Of a stretch of 64,000 nucleotides of DNA, positions 17,397-27,141 are shown in pieces. Origin of the DNA: Alphaproteobacteria bacterium (lineage in GTDB: Bacteria; Pseudomonadota; Alphaproteobacteria; JAAEOK01); contig JAAEOK010000075.1 in the NCBI GenBank assembly GCA_024244705.1, forward strand, positions 29,320 through 93,319. Reading direction: 5' to 3'. A program made the position numbers and the translations under genes. The notes below the pieces were generated by a model that saw nothing but the letters and a program-made list of their open reading frames with translations, did no database searches and had not been told where the DNA came from. Each line of letters begins with the position of its first letter. Positions within the stretch are counted from its first letter, which is position 1.

Positions 17397-18788
17397 ATGA
17401 AACACCGCATCGAAAGCGATTCGCTCGGCGAGATCGAGGTCCCGGCCGACCGCTACTGGGGTGCGCAGACCCAACGTTCCTTGCAGAACTTCAAGATCGG
17501 CGGCGAAAAAATGCCGATCCCGGTGATCCGCGCGCTCGGCTTACAAAAGCTCGCCGCCGCGACGGTCAACATGGCGGAGGGCCTGATCGATAAGCGGAAC
17601 GGGGAAGCGATCCAGAGAGCCGCACGCGAAGTCATGAACGGGGAACTCGACGAGCATTTTCCGCTCGTCGTCTGGCAGACCGGGTCCGGCACCCAGACCA
17701 ACATGAACGCCAACGAGGTCATCGCCAACCGCGCCATCGAAATTCTTGACGGACGCATGGGCTCGAAGGAGCCGGTGCACCCGAACGACGACGTCAACAT
17801 GGGCCAGTCGTCGAACGACACGTTTCCCACCGTCATGCACATTGCCACGGTGCGCGAATTGCACCAACTGCTGCTTCCGGCGCTGGGCCACCTCCACGGC
17901 GCGCTCACCGCCAAGGCGACCGCGTTCGCCGATATCATCAAGATCGGACGAACCCATCTCCAGGACGCAACGCCGCTGACGCTGGGCCAGGAGTTCTCGG
18001 CCTATGCCAAGCAGGTCGAGAACGCCATCTCGCGCATCGAATCGACCCTTCCGCGCCTCTATCCCCTGGCCCAGGGCGGCACCGCGGTCGGCACCGGTCT
18101 CAACACGCGACCCGGATTCGACAGCGCGATCGCGGACGAAATCGCACAGCTAACCGGCATTCCATTCACCTCGGCGGAGAACAAGTTCGAGGCGCTGGCC
18201 ACGCACGATGCACTAGTCGAACTCTCCGGAAATCTGAACGCATTCGCCGCCGCGTTGATGAAGATCGGCAACGATATCCGCCTGCTCGGATCGGGGCCTC
18301 GATCCGGGCTCGGCGAACTTGTCCTGCCCGCCAACGAGCCGGGGTCGTCGATCATGCCCGGCAAGGTCAACCCGACCCAGGCCGAGGCGGCGACCATGGT
18401 CGCGGCGCAAGTCATGGGCAATCACGTCGCGGTCACCGTCGCCGGCAGCCAGGGACATCTCGAACTCAATGTCTACAAGCCGGTGATCATCTACAATGTT
18501 CTGCAATCGATCCGGCTGCTCGCCGATGCCGCCCGCAGCCTGGCCGACCACTGCGTGCTGGGCATCGAAGCGGACCGCAAAAGGATCGCGCACCTCATGC
18601 ACCAATCGCTGATGCTGGTGACGGCGCTCAATCCCCATATCGGTTACGACAACGCGGCCAAGATCGCCAAGAAGGCCCATGCCGACGGCATTACGCTCAA
18701 AGCCGCCGGTGTCGCGCTCGGCCTGGTCACCGAAGAACAGTTCGACGCCTGGGTGCGGCCGGCCGACATGGTGAGACCCAACGAGTGA
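17397..18788 (+). CDS. fumC: Fumarate hydratase class II
   Basis: Colinear with E. coli FumC, including GSSxMPxKxN ([13 protein letters not shown]) and the lyase signature. The start [16 protein letters not shown] aligns with FumC MNTVRSEKDSMGAIDVP. Confidence 0.9.
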   Translation: MKHRIESDSLGEIEVPADRYWGAQTQRSLQNFKIGGEKMPIPVIRALGLQKLAAATVNMAEGLIDKRNGEAIQRAAREVMNGELDEHFPLVVWQTGSGTQTNMNANEVIANRAIEILDGRMGSKEPVHPNDDVNMGQSSNDTFPTVMHIATVRELHQLLLPALGHLHGALTAKATAFADIIKIGRTHLQDATPLTLGQEFSAYAKQVENAISRIESTLPRLYPLAQGGTAVGTGLNTRPGFDSAIADEIAQLTGIPFTSAENKFEALATHDALVELSGNLNAFAAALMKIGNDIRLLGSGPRSGLGELVLPANEPGSSIMPGKVNPTQAEAATMVAAQVMGNHVAVTVAGSQGHLELNVYKPVIIYNVLQSIRLLADAARSLADHCVLGIEADRKRIAHLMHQSLMLVTALNPHIGYDNAAKIAKKAHADGITLKAAGVALGLVTEEQFDAWVRPADMVRPNE

Positions 18789-19015
18789 AAGGCGCGGTGC
18801 AGAAACGCTCGGTGATGATCGCCGGTCATCCGACCAGCGTTTCGCTCGAACAGGCGTTTTGGAGTGAACTCAAGGATATCGCCGCGGCGCGCGCGATTTC
18901 GGTGGCCACATTGATCGCCGAAATCGATGCCGACCGGACCGGCAACCTGTCCAGCGCCATCCGGGTCTACGTGCTGAACGAACTGCGCCGCCGCATCGAC
19001 CGCGGGAGCGGCTAA
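18785..19015 (+). CDS. Small ribbon-helix-helix (RHH)-domain protein, translationally coupled to fumC
   Basis: [42 protein letters not shown] matches the small RHH family commonly annotated as RHH_4. The GTG start overlaps the fumC stop (GTGA). Confidence 0.5.
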   Translation: MKGAVQKRSVMIAGHPTSVSLEQAFWSELKDIAAARAISVATLIAEIDADRTGNLSSAIRVYVLNELRRRIDRGSG

Positions 19016-19302
19016 GCGTCCTCCCCTTGGGTATCGAGGCGGCGGAGGGCGGCCGCGGCAACGTCCCCCGAGGTCACGGGGATGATTTCGAACTCGATCA
19101 GATCGGACCATTGCGCGACCCACTCGTGAAGCAAAGCCACGTCACCGCACTCCATGAGCTGAAAGCAGCGGCCGAGATCGGCGGCAACCCAGCTGCCGCG
19201 ATATTCCAGCCCGGGCGGCATCAATCGGCCCTGTTCGTCGAACCGGCGATAGACCTCCCGCGCGCCGCGGTTACGGAAACTTTCGATGACCATGAACAGC
19301 AT
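19012..19302 (-). CDS. DUF3303-family protein
   Basis: MLFMVIESFRNRGAREVYRRF... is a typical DUF3303 N-terminus. Convergent with the RHH gene and overlaps its stop by 4 nt. Confidence 0.55.
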   Translation of the reverse strand: MLFMVIESFRNRGAREVYRRFDEQGRLMPPGLEYRGSWVAADLGRCFQLMECGDVALLHEWVAQWSDLIEFEIIPVTSGDVAAAALRRLDTQGEDA

Positions 19303-19349
19303 TGCGGGTCCCCCGCTTCCACCGCGAGCATTCGACCGGCGGCTGATCT

Positions 19350-22300
19350 CTAGTTGCCGAGGTTCTGGATGATGCTTTCGATGCTGAACCCGCCGCCCTG
19401 CGGGGCCGGCTGTGGCGCCGGCGCACCGGGCGCAGCACCCGGCGCATTCTGAGCCTCTGGCGCGGGCAGCGGGGCCGGCCGGATGACGTTGTCGATAATG
19501 GCTCCGAAAGTGCCCTGTGGCTGGGTCTCCGGCGGCGGTGTCGCGGCGGGAGCTGGAACGATCGTTGTCGTCTGCGGCTCGGCCGGCGCCGGAGCCGGGG
19601 TCAGCGGTACCGGCGTCAGCAGCGATGGGCTGCCCGGCAGTCCGGGCGAGGTCGACCCGTCGCCTTCGATGATAATCGTCTCCGGCACCGCCGTAACCGG
19701 CGCTTCGGGGGCCAGCGTCGGCGGTGGGGCGATGGGCAATGTGCCCTGGATAATATCGCCAATGCCGAGACCGGTTCCCGAGCCCGACCCGGTGCCGACG
19801 GCGGGCGTATTGCCGGTCACGCCGGGTAACGCCTGGATCAAACCGCCGACACCACCGGATTCGCCGGAAACGGCGCCCGGCAGCGCCTGGATGAGCCCGC
19901 CGGCGCCGGTTGTCGAGGCACCGGCACCGGGAATATTCTGCAACAATCCGCCGACACCGGTCCCCGCGCGCTCCAGCATATATTTCTGCAAGGCGGCGGT
20001 CTCATAAGAGTTTTGCGGATTGTCGATCGGCCCGGTCATGCTGACCCCGACCGGGACATCGGGAAGCGAAGCGAAATTGAATCTGGCGTTGGCGTTCATG
20101 ACCCATCGCGGCAAGTCCGCGGTGAGGGTGGCGACGCCGATGCCGCCATTGGCGATCAGGCTGACGTCGTCGCTGGTCACGACACCGTCGCGCACGGCGA
20201 AATTGCCCGACAGATTGGAAAAGGCGGTTTCGCCGCCGACGAAGGCCGACCCCACGAGGCCGACAAGCCCGGCCGTGCTCTGCAACGCCGCGATCAGGTT
20301 CTCGCCGCTGCCGCTGTTCAAGCCGGCGAGTTGCCGGTCGACCTTGGCGATATCGATGCCGTCGACGATACCATCGCCGACATGGAGCCGACCGGTGCCG
20401 TCGAGGCTCGAAATCAGGTCGAACTGGCTAATGCCGGCGCCGCTGAGATTGACATCGAGGTCGAGGACGCCGCGCTTGAGCAGCGCCTGTCCTTGCGCCT
20501 TGAGCGCACGCGCCAGATTGGCGTCACGAATGGTAAGATTGAGCGCGGTTTGAACCGGCGATTGCTGCGCCAAGCGCGCGACCATCGTCATGCGACCGCC
20601 GAAAAGGCCGCCGTTGAACTCCGGAATCGACAGCGTCCCGTTGTTGATGGTTACCAGAAGCGTCGGCTCATCGATCCGATAGGGTCCGAAGACCACCCCC
20701 TTCGGCGTCAGCGACAGTTCGCCGTCCACGGTCTTGAGGGCCGAAAAATCGAACGGTTCGCGCGACCAGCGTTCACCGCCGTCCGCAGAATCGTCACCGC
20801 CGGCGAACAAGTCGAGGGGAATTACCCCGGTCGCCAAATTGCCCGTCACCCGCGGCCGCGGCCCGGTCATGACGACCTCGATGGCGCCGTCGAAATCGAT
20901 CGGACCGAGGTTGCCTTTGAGTTGCGAAAGATCGATGACCTCGGCCGATGCGTCCGCGGTGAGGCCGAGGCCGAGCGTTCCAAGATCCTGCGCCGGCGAT
21001 TCGAAGCCGGGCGACAAGGCCGCCAATAGCGCGCGCAGGTCGGGGTGCCGCGCCGACAGATTACCGACATAGCGCGGGCTCGTATCGATCCCGGTTAGAC
21101 GCCCCTTGGCATCGAGACCGCCCTTGCCCAATTTGGCCGAGAGATCCATTTCGACGCCGCCATCGAGGCTCTTGACGGTACCGTCGAGGCCGAAGGCGCC
21201 CAGTGCGGCGGACGCGTCGGTGGTCTCGATGCCGGCGAGGCTCAACGGCAAGGTGGCGTCGGGCAGTGCGGTCGCGATGGCAAGATCGTATGCCGGCGTC
21301 CCCGTCAGGCCCGACACCGTGCCCTTGACCTTGGTGTTGCCGCCGCCGGCTGAAATGTCGACATCCAGCGCGACCTTGTCGGTACCGCCCTCGACCTTGC
21401 CGTCGACCGCGACCGCGCCCAAGTCGTTCACCGCCGGAGGCAGCGAAAGGGCCGCGAGAGCGGCGAGTCGGGCGAGGTCGGGATGCGACAGATCGAGACC
21501 CAAATCGTAAGTCGGCGAGGTACCCAGATTGGCCAACGTACCGGATATCTTCCACTTCCCGCCGGCGGTCGATATGTCGGCGTCGAGCGCAACCCCGTCG
21601 CCGGCGTAGTCGATGTTGCCCGCCGCGCTGGTCGGCCCGAGATCCTTGGGCGCCACCGGCAGGTCGAGCGCCGCAAGACGAGCCACGCCATCGAGTGACT
21701 GGGCTTCGAGATTGAACCGGCCCTTGGCTTGTGGCGCCTCCGGCAAGCCGACGATCTGGCCGTCGAACGCGGCGCGGGCACCGGCGACGTCCTTCGCTGC
21801 GATCTTGCTGACGGTAATCGCACCGTCGGCCAATCTCGCTTCGAGGTCGAGACCGCGCACCGCCGTCTTGTTGTAGGTCAGGCTGCCGACATTGAGCTTC
21901 ACGTTGGCGTCGAAGGCCGTCAGCGCCTCGCTGCCGGTGGCATCATCATCGTCGGCGGCCGCGGCCGCATCGTCGGTCGGCACCAAATAGTCGTCGATGT
22001 TGATCTTATCGACGTTCAGCGCCACGCCGATTCCGGGACGCGCGCCCAGGGCGGCATTGATGCCGCCGGTAATCGTGGTGGCGTCGACCCGCAGCTCGAT
22101 GTCCGATAGGCTGACCGTTTCGGTGCCGCCTTCGATGTCCGTCTTGAGCGCGAACGACCGCAGCCGGTTCGCCGGCACGCCGGTCACCGGCACTTCAAAC
22201 CAATCGGTGATACTGCGGAGATTGGTCGCCGAAGCGATCAGGCGCCCTTTGTATTGCGGTCCGCCGTCAGCGGTCGCAAGGCGCCCCGCGAACCGCAATT

Positions 22301-23618
22301 TGGAATCTCCGGGTCCGGCCGCGGACAGCTCGGATACGGTCACGGTTGCGTCGGCCAGTGTGGCGATCAGCTTGGCGTCGCGGAACTGTCCGCCGTTATA
22401 GCGCAGGGCGCCGACCGAAAGATCGATGGCGCCACTGATATTGGCGGGAAGCGCCAATGCCGCGGACGCTTCGGCCGGTTCTTCGTCTGCGGGCTGTCCG
22501 TCGGCGATCACGGCGACCCAGGAATCGGCGTCGAACGTGTTCAACCGCAGCGCGACCTCGGCGACCATGGTTTCGCCGAAGCCGACGGCGATCTGGCCGG
22601 TGCCGCGATCCTCGCCAAACTCGACGGTGAGGTCGGTCAGCCGAAAGGCGTCTTCGCCGACGCTGATATCGCCACGTACGGCGAACGGCTGCGCCAGCGC
22701 CGGTGTCGCACTACCGCCGACGGCGACAATCAGTTTGTCGAGGCTCTGCCCCGCGCCGTCGAACTTGCCACCAAGGTCAGGTCCGTCGGCGCCCATATCG
22801 AGGGTGCCGTTGAACCGCGCCGTGGCTTCCGAGCCGGGAACCTGGAGCGACAACGAGATCGGCACCGGACCCGCCCCGCTGACATCGCCGGTCTGCAGAT
22901 CGATGGCCAATGGCATTTCGCGGGCGGAGAGCGTTCCCTTGGCCTTGAACGGGCCGGTCAGGGATGCCGCGGATATCTCGGCGTTGAGATTCTCGATCGC
23001 TTCGATCGTGCCCGCCGCCGTGTCCTGATAGACGACCGTACCGTCCTCGATGGTAAAGCTGTCGAGCTTGAACGGGGGCAGGCTTGGTCCGCTCGCATCG
23101 TCGTCCGCGACACCGGGCGCGGGCTCGCCGAATGCCCAGTTGACCCGCCCATCGTGGAGTCGCTCCAGCTCGATCACCGGTTCGACCAAAGCAATCGATT
23201 CGACCTGGACCTCGCCCTGCAGCAACGGTGCCAGCGCGACCCGCACGCGGAGCGATTTCAAGGTCATCATATTGGCCGCCGAAGCGCCTTTCAAATTGGC
23301 CAGACGCACGTCCTCGACCGCCAGCGCCGGTGCCGGCAGCAGGTTCAGGGCGATGTTGCCGTCGATGACCATGCGCCGCCCGGTCTCCTTTTCGATCCGC
23401 GCGGTGATGACGTCCTTGTATTCGTTCCAGTCGATAAAGCTCGGCGCGACCAATGCTCCGATCGCGATCAGGATCAGCAGGCCGAGAAGGCCAAACAGCA
23501 CGCGAACCGCGCCGCCGGTCTTGCGCCGCCGCTCCCGGCGCGGACGCTTGGCACGCTTCTTCGGTTTCTTTTCTTCGGTGGTCTCGACGACCAACCTGTC
23601 GTTTGGGTCTACACGCAT
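19350..23618 (-). CDS. AsmA-family outer-membrane biogenesis protein, 1422 aa, with a low-complexity Pro/Gly/Ala-rich C-terminus
   Basis: N-terminus after the ATG at 23618: a basic stretch, then TM helix VLFGLLGLLILIAIGALVAP, then an AsmA N-domain (WNEYKDVITARIEKETGRRMVIDGNIALNLLPAPALAVEDVRL) and long beta-rich repeats. The C-terminal 200 aa contain GGLIQALPG repeats and PAPAP tracts. Confidence 0.75.
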   Translation of the reverse strand: MRVDPNDRLVVETTEEKKPKKRAKRPRRERRRKTGGAVRVLFGLLGLLILIAIGALVAPSFIDWNEYKDVITARIEKETGRRMVIDGNIALNLLPAPALAVEDVRLANLKGASAANMMTLKSLRVRVALAPLLQGEVQVESIALVEPVIELERLHDGRVNWAFGEPAPGVADDDASGPSLPPFKLDSFTIEDGTVVYQDTAAGTIEAIENLNAEISAASLTGPFKAKGTLSAREMPLAIDLQTGDVSGAGPVPISLSLQVPGSEATARFNGTLDMGADGPDLGGKFDGAGQSLDKLIVAVGGSATPALAQPFAVRGDISVGEDAFRLTDLTVEFGEDRGTGQIAVGFGETMVAEVALRLNTFDADSWVAVIADGQPADEEPAEASAALALPANISGAIDLSVGALRYNGGQFRDAKLIATLADATVTVSELSAAGPGDSKLRFAGRLATADGGPQYKGRLIASATNLRSITDWFEVPVTGVPANRLRSFALKTDIEGGTETVSLSDIELRVDATTITGGINAALGARPGIGVALNVDKINIDDYLVPTDDAAAAADDDDATGSEALTAFDANVKLNVGSLTYNKTAVRGLDLEARLADGAITVSKIAAKDVAGARAAFDGQIVGLPEAPQAKGRFNLEAQSLDGVARLAALDLPVAPKDLGPTSAAGNIDYAGDGVALDADISTAGGKWKISGTLANLGTSPTYDLGLDLSHPDLARLAALAALSLPPAVNDLGAVAVDGKVEGGTDKVALDVDISAGGGNTKVKGTVSGLTGTPAYDLAIATALPDATLPLSLAGIETTDASAALGAFGLDGTVKSLDGGVEMDLSAKLGKGGLDAKGRLTGIDTSPRYVGNLSARHPDLRALLAALSPGFESPAQDLGTLGLGLTADASAEVIDLSQLKGNLGPIDFDGAIEVVMTGPRPRVTGNLATGVIPLDLFAGGDDSADGGERWSREPFDFSALKTVDGELSLTPKGVVFGPYRIDEPTLLVTINNGTLSIPEFNGGLFGGRMTMVARLAQQSPVQTALNLTIRDANLARALKAQGQALLKRGVLDLDVNLSGAGISQFDLISSLDGTGRLHVGDGIVDGIDIAKVDRQLAGLNSGSGENLIAALQSTAGLVGLVGSAFVGGETAFSNLSGNFAVRDGVVTSDDVSLIANGGIGVATLTADLPRWVMNANARFNFASLPDVPVGVSMTGPIDNPQNSYETAALQKYMLERAGTGVGGLLQNIPGAGASTTGAGGLIQALPGAVSGESGGVGGLIQALPGVTGNTPAVGTGSGSGTGLGIGDIIQGTLPIAPPPTLAPEAPVTAVPETIIIEGDGSTSPGLPGSPSLLTPVPLTPAPAPAEPQTTTIVPAPAATPPPETQPQGTFGAIIDNVIRPAPLPAPEAQNAPGAAPGAPAPQPAPQGGGFSIESIIQNLGN

Positions 23619-23839
23619 TGAATCAAGCTCTGACCCCGCGGAGCGCCCCCGACGCGGCGAGGGAGGCACGATTTCGTCCTAAAGATAGGCTCATTATGTC
23701 TTTAGATAGGCATTCGAAGGCGTCTTACACAAGACGGATCGCCCTGGCAAAGCGCATCCGTGGGAAAATACCGACCTTAGCCGGCCAAAATGAACCGCGG
23801 CTGAACGAATCGGCGGGTGGAATCCCCCCGCCCGCCAGC

Positions 23840-25237
23840 CTAGACGCGGACGATCTTGCCGGGATTCATGATGTTGTCGGGGTCGAGCGCGCGTTTGATC
23901 GATCGCATGACGGTCACCGCTTCGCCGTGTTCGGCAACCAGGAAGTCCATCTTGCCGTAGCCGATGCCGTGCTCGCCGGTGCAGGTCCCGTCCATCGCCA
24001 AGGCCCGCATGATCATGCGCTCGTTGACCGCCTTGGCCCGCCGCACCTCGTCGGCATCGTTGTGATCGACGACGAAGACGAGGTGAAAGTTGCCGTCGCC
24101 GACATGACCGACCAGGGGCGCGATCAGATCGTTGTCGATGATGTCGCGCTTGGTCTCGACGATGCACTCGGCAAGGCGCGAAATCGGCACGCACACGTCG
24201 GTGGCCCAAACCGATCCTTCGGGGCGGAGGGCCTTGCACGCATAGGCGGCGTCGTGGCGGGCCTGCCACAGTTTGTTGCGCTCCTCGACACGGGTCGTCC
24301 ATTGGAAGTCGCCACCGCCGAATTCGGCGGCGATGGATTGCACGCTCTCCGCCTGTTCGGCGACGCTCGCGTCGCTGCCGTGAAACTCGAGAAACAGAGT
24401 CGTCTGGACCGGATAATCGAGGCCCGCGTACCGATTGATGGCGTCCATCTGGACGTCGTCGAGCAATTCGATGCGGGCGATCGGGATACCCGACTGGATG
24501 GTCAGGATGACCGCATTGACCGCATCTCCCAGATCGGGGAACGAGCAGACCGCGGACGAAATCGCCTCCGGTATCCCATAGAGCCGCAGGGTGACCTCGG
24601 TGATCACCCCGAGGGTTCCCTCGGAGCCGACGAAAAGCCGCGTCAGGTCGTACCCGGCCGACGACTTGCGGGCCCGATTCGAAGTCCGGATGACGCGTCC
24701 GTCGGCGAGCACCGCCTCCAGCGCCAGGACGTTTTCGCGCATGGTCCCGTAGCGCACGGCGTTGGTGCCCGAGGCGCGGGTCGCGGTCATGCCGCCGATC
24801 GACGCGTCGGCACCGGGATCGATCGGAAAGAACAGACCGGTATCACGAAGATATTCGTTGAGTTGCTTGCGCGTCACACCGGGTTGGACCGTGCAATCGA
24901 GGTCTTCCGCGCCGACCCGCAGTACCTCGTTCATCTGCGAAACGTCAAGCGAGACGCCGCCATGAAGGGCCGCGACATGGCCTTCGAGCGAGGTCCCGGT
25001 GCCGAAGGGAATGACCGGCACCATGTGCCGCGCGCAGACCTTTACGATCTCGCTCACCTCCTCGGTCGACCGGGCAAAGGCGACCGCGTCGGGGGCGACC
25101 GCCGCGTGGTAGGATTCGTCGCGGCCGTGTTGCTCGCGCACCGCCGCCGAGGTCGACAGCCGCTCGCCCAGCAACTGCTTCAAGATCTGGATCGTCTGTT
25201 CGAGCGCGGCAGGATTGCGCGCGGCGGCGGCGGTCAT
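23840..25237 (-). CDS. FAD-linked oxidase (GlcD/D-lactate dehydrogenase (cytochrome) family)
   Basis: FAD_binding_4 domain (VIPFGTGTSLEGH) plus a FAD-oxidase C-terminal domain. Start taken at MTAAAARNPAALEQ; the ORF-track TTG start 31 codons upstream is not protein-like. Confidence 0.75.
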   Translation of the reverse strand: MTAAAARNPAALEQTIQILKQLLGERLSTSAAVREQHGRDESYHAAVAPDAVAFARSTEEVSEIVKVCARHMVPVIPFGTGTSLEGHVAALHGGVSLDVSQMNEVLRVGAEDLDCTVQPGVTRKQLNEYLRDTGLFFPIDPGADASIGGMTATRASGTNAVRYGTMRENVLALEAVLADGRVIRTSNRARKSSAGYDLTRLFVGSEGTLGVITEVTLRLYGIPEAISSAVCSFPDLGDAVNAVILTIQSGIPIARIELLDDVQMDAINRYAGLDYPVQTTLFLEFHGSDASVAEQAESVQSIAAEFGGGDFQWTTRVEERNKLWQARHDAAYACKALRPEGSVWATDVCVPISRLAECIVETKRDIIDNDLIAPLVGHVGDGNFHLVFVVDHNDADEVRRAKAVNERMIMRALAMDGTCTGEHGIGYGKMDFLVAEHGEAVTVMRSIKRALDPDNIMNPGKIVRV

Positions 25238-25319
25238 GCCTCGGTTCCCTTGGACGCATGCGGATGCCTCAAAAGCTAGTCCCCGCGGCGGCGAAGGGCA
25301 AGGTCCGCAGAGCCAAGGG

Positions 25320-26594
25320 TTAGAGCCCAAACGGGATGAAAAGCGCGATATCGGGAAAGATCGTAATCAGGATCACGGCCATCAGCATCAACAGAACGAA
25401 CGGCCATACCCCGGCTACCACGGTGCCGAGTCGGGCGCGCGCGACCGATTGAATGACAAAGAGATTGAGACCAAGCGGCGGCGTGATCAGCGCGCATTCG
25501 ATCATGACGACGAAAAAGACACCGAACCAGATCGGGTCGATACCGAGCGGCGCAAGGCTTGGAAAGAGCACCGGCATCATCACGATCAGCATCGACAGCG
25601 CCTCGAGCACCAGACCGAGCAGCAGCAGCACCAGGCAGACCGCGGCAATGAAGTAAGCGGGCTCGCTGAGGTTGGTGACCAGGAAACCGGAGATATCCTG
25701 TGGCAGCCGGTACAGCGTAATCGCCTTGGCGAAGATCTTGGCGCCGGCCAAAATCAGAAAGATGGTCACGGTCGTGCGCAGGCTCTCCACCACCGCGTCC
25801 TTGAATCCCGCCCAACTGAGGCTGCGAAACAATCCGGCGGTGAGCAAAAGGGCGAGCGCAAACCCGACCGCGGATGCCTCGGTCGGTGTAAAGGCGCCGG
25901 TGTAGAGCCCGGCGATGACAATGACCGCGACGGCCAGAGTCGGCAGCGCGCGTAGGGTCCGGCGCCGGCGTTCTTCCCACGTTGCTCGTGCCGGTGACGT
26001 GAAGTCGGCGGTAAACCGTGCATGGATTACGGCGAACAAGATGAACAGGACGGTGAGAAGCAATCCCGGTCCAATACCGGCCAGGAACAGGTCAAGGACC
26101 GACTGCTCGGTCATGACCCCGTAAATGATCATCGGGATCGACGGCGGAATCAAAATGCCGAGGGTGCCGCCGGCCGCCAACAACCCGAAGACGAAGCGCT
26201 CGCGGTAGCCGCTCCGCAGCAATTCCGGAATCGCGACCGTGCCGATCGTCGCCGCGGTCGCGACCGAACTGCCGGAAATGGCCGCGAACAAGGCGCAGGA
26301 CACGATCGTCGCGACGGCGAGCCCACCCGGCCAGTGACCGACCCAGCTTTGGGCGGCGGTGAACACGTCGCGGCCGACCCCGCCTTTCAGCATCACGTTC
26401 GACATCAATAGAAACAGGGGCACGGCGAGGAGAATAAAGCTGTCGATCGCTCCGTGCAGGCTGTGACCCATCATCAGCGGCGAAAATCCGCCGGCGATCA
26501 GCAAGACCAGCCCGAGTCCGCCCAAGGCAAAGGCGACCGGGACGCCGGCGACCAGAAGCCCAAGCAGCGATGCGAAGACAAGGGCGCCGGACAT
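25320..26594 (-). CDS. dctM: TRAP transporter large permease DctM
   Basis: 12-TM DctM-family protein starting MSGALVFASLLGLLVAGVPVAFALG. The ATG at 26594 lies 1 nt after the dctQ stop. The ORF-track extension of 89 codons is Arg/Cys-rich junk overlapping dctQ. Confidence 0.85.
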   Translation of the reverse strand: MSGALVFASLLGLLVAGVPVAFALGGLGLVLLIAGGFSPLMMGHSLHGAIDSFILLAVPLFLLMSNVMLKGGVGRDVFTAAQSWVGHWPGGLAVATIVSCALFAAISGSSVATAATIGTVAIPELLRSGYRERFVFGLLAAGGTLGILIPPSIPMIIYGVMTEQSVLDLFLAGIGPGLLLTVLFILFAVIHARFTADFTSPARATWEERRRRTLRALPTLAVAVIVIAGLYTGAFTPTEASAVGFALALLLTAGLFRSLSWAGFKDAVVESLRTTVTIFLILAGAKIFAKAITLYRLPQDISGFLVTNLSEPAYFIAAVCLVLLLLGLVLEALSMLIVMMPVLFPSLAPLGIDPIWFGVFFVVMIECALITPPLGLNLFVIQSVARARLGTVVAGVWPFVLLMLMAVILITIFPDIALFIPFGL

Positions 26595-26595
26595 G

Positions 26596-27099
26596 TCAGC
26601 CGCCCGTCGCGTCGGCGTTGCCCGACTTGGCCGAATGGCGCAATCGCAAGAGCTCGGCGATGACTTGCAGCAGGAGAAGCGCGAACCCAACCGGTATGGC
26701 AATTTCACCGGCCCATTGCGGCAGCGCCAGCATCGTCGATTCGGCGCGCCCGACACGGATCGATTCGGCGGCGATCGCGATTCCATACCATATCGCGGCG
26801 GCGCTGAACGCGCCGATCCACGCCAAAGCAAGGACTTCCAGCCGGCGCTGACCGCGAGCACCGAGACGCTCCGTCAGTGCCGTGATTCGGATCAACCCAC
26901 GATCGCGGAGGAGAAACGCGGCGGCAAAATAGGTCGCCCACAGCTGGGCCAGGCGCGCGATCTCTCCGACCCAAATTGTCGGGGCGTTGAAGAGGTACCG
27001 CATCGCCACCTCAAAGGCGAGGATGGCACCGATGGCGACGAAGACCCATGCCGCGATATAGCCGCAGGTGCCGCTCAGCCGATCGATGATCCGGATCAT
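26596..27099 (-). CDS. dctQ: TRAP transporter small permease DctQ
   Basis: 4-TM, about 165 aa, DctQ-like, positioned between dctP and dctM. Confidence 0.75.
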   Translation of the reverse strand: MIRIIDRLSGTCGYIAAWVFVAIGAILAFEVAMRYLFNAPTIWVGEIARLAQLWATYFAAAFLLRDRGLIRITALTERLGARGQRRLEVLALAWIGAFSAAAIWYGIAIAAESIRVGRAESTMLALPQWAGEIAIPVGFALLLLQVIAELLRLRHSAKSGNADATGG

Positions 27100-27141
27100 T
27101 GGCGGGTCGTGGTTGGTGATGGGGGCGGTCCCATGGCGGAT

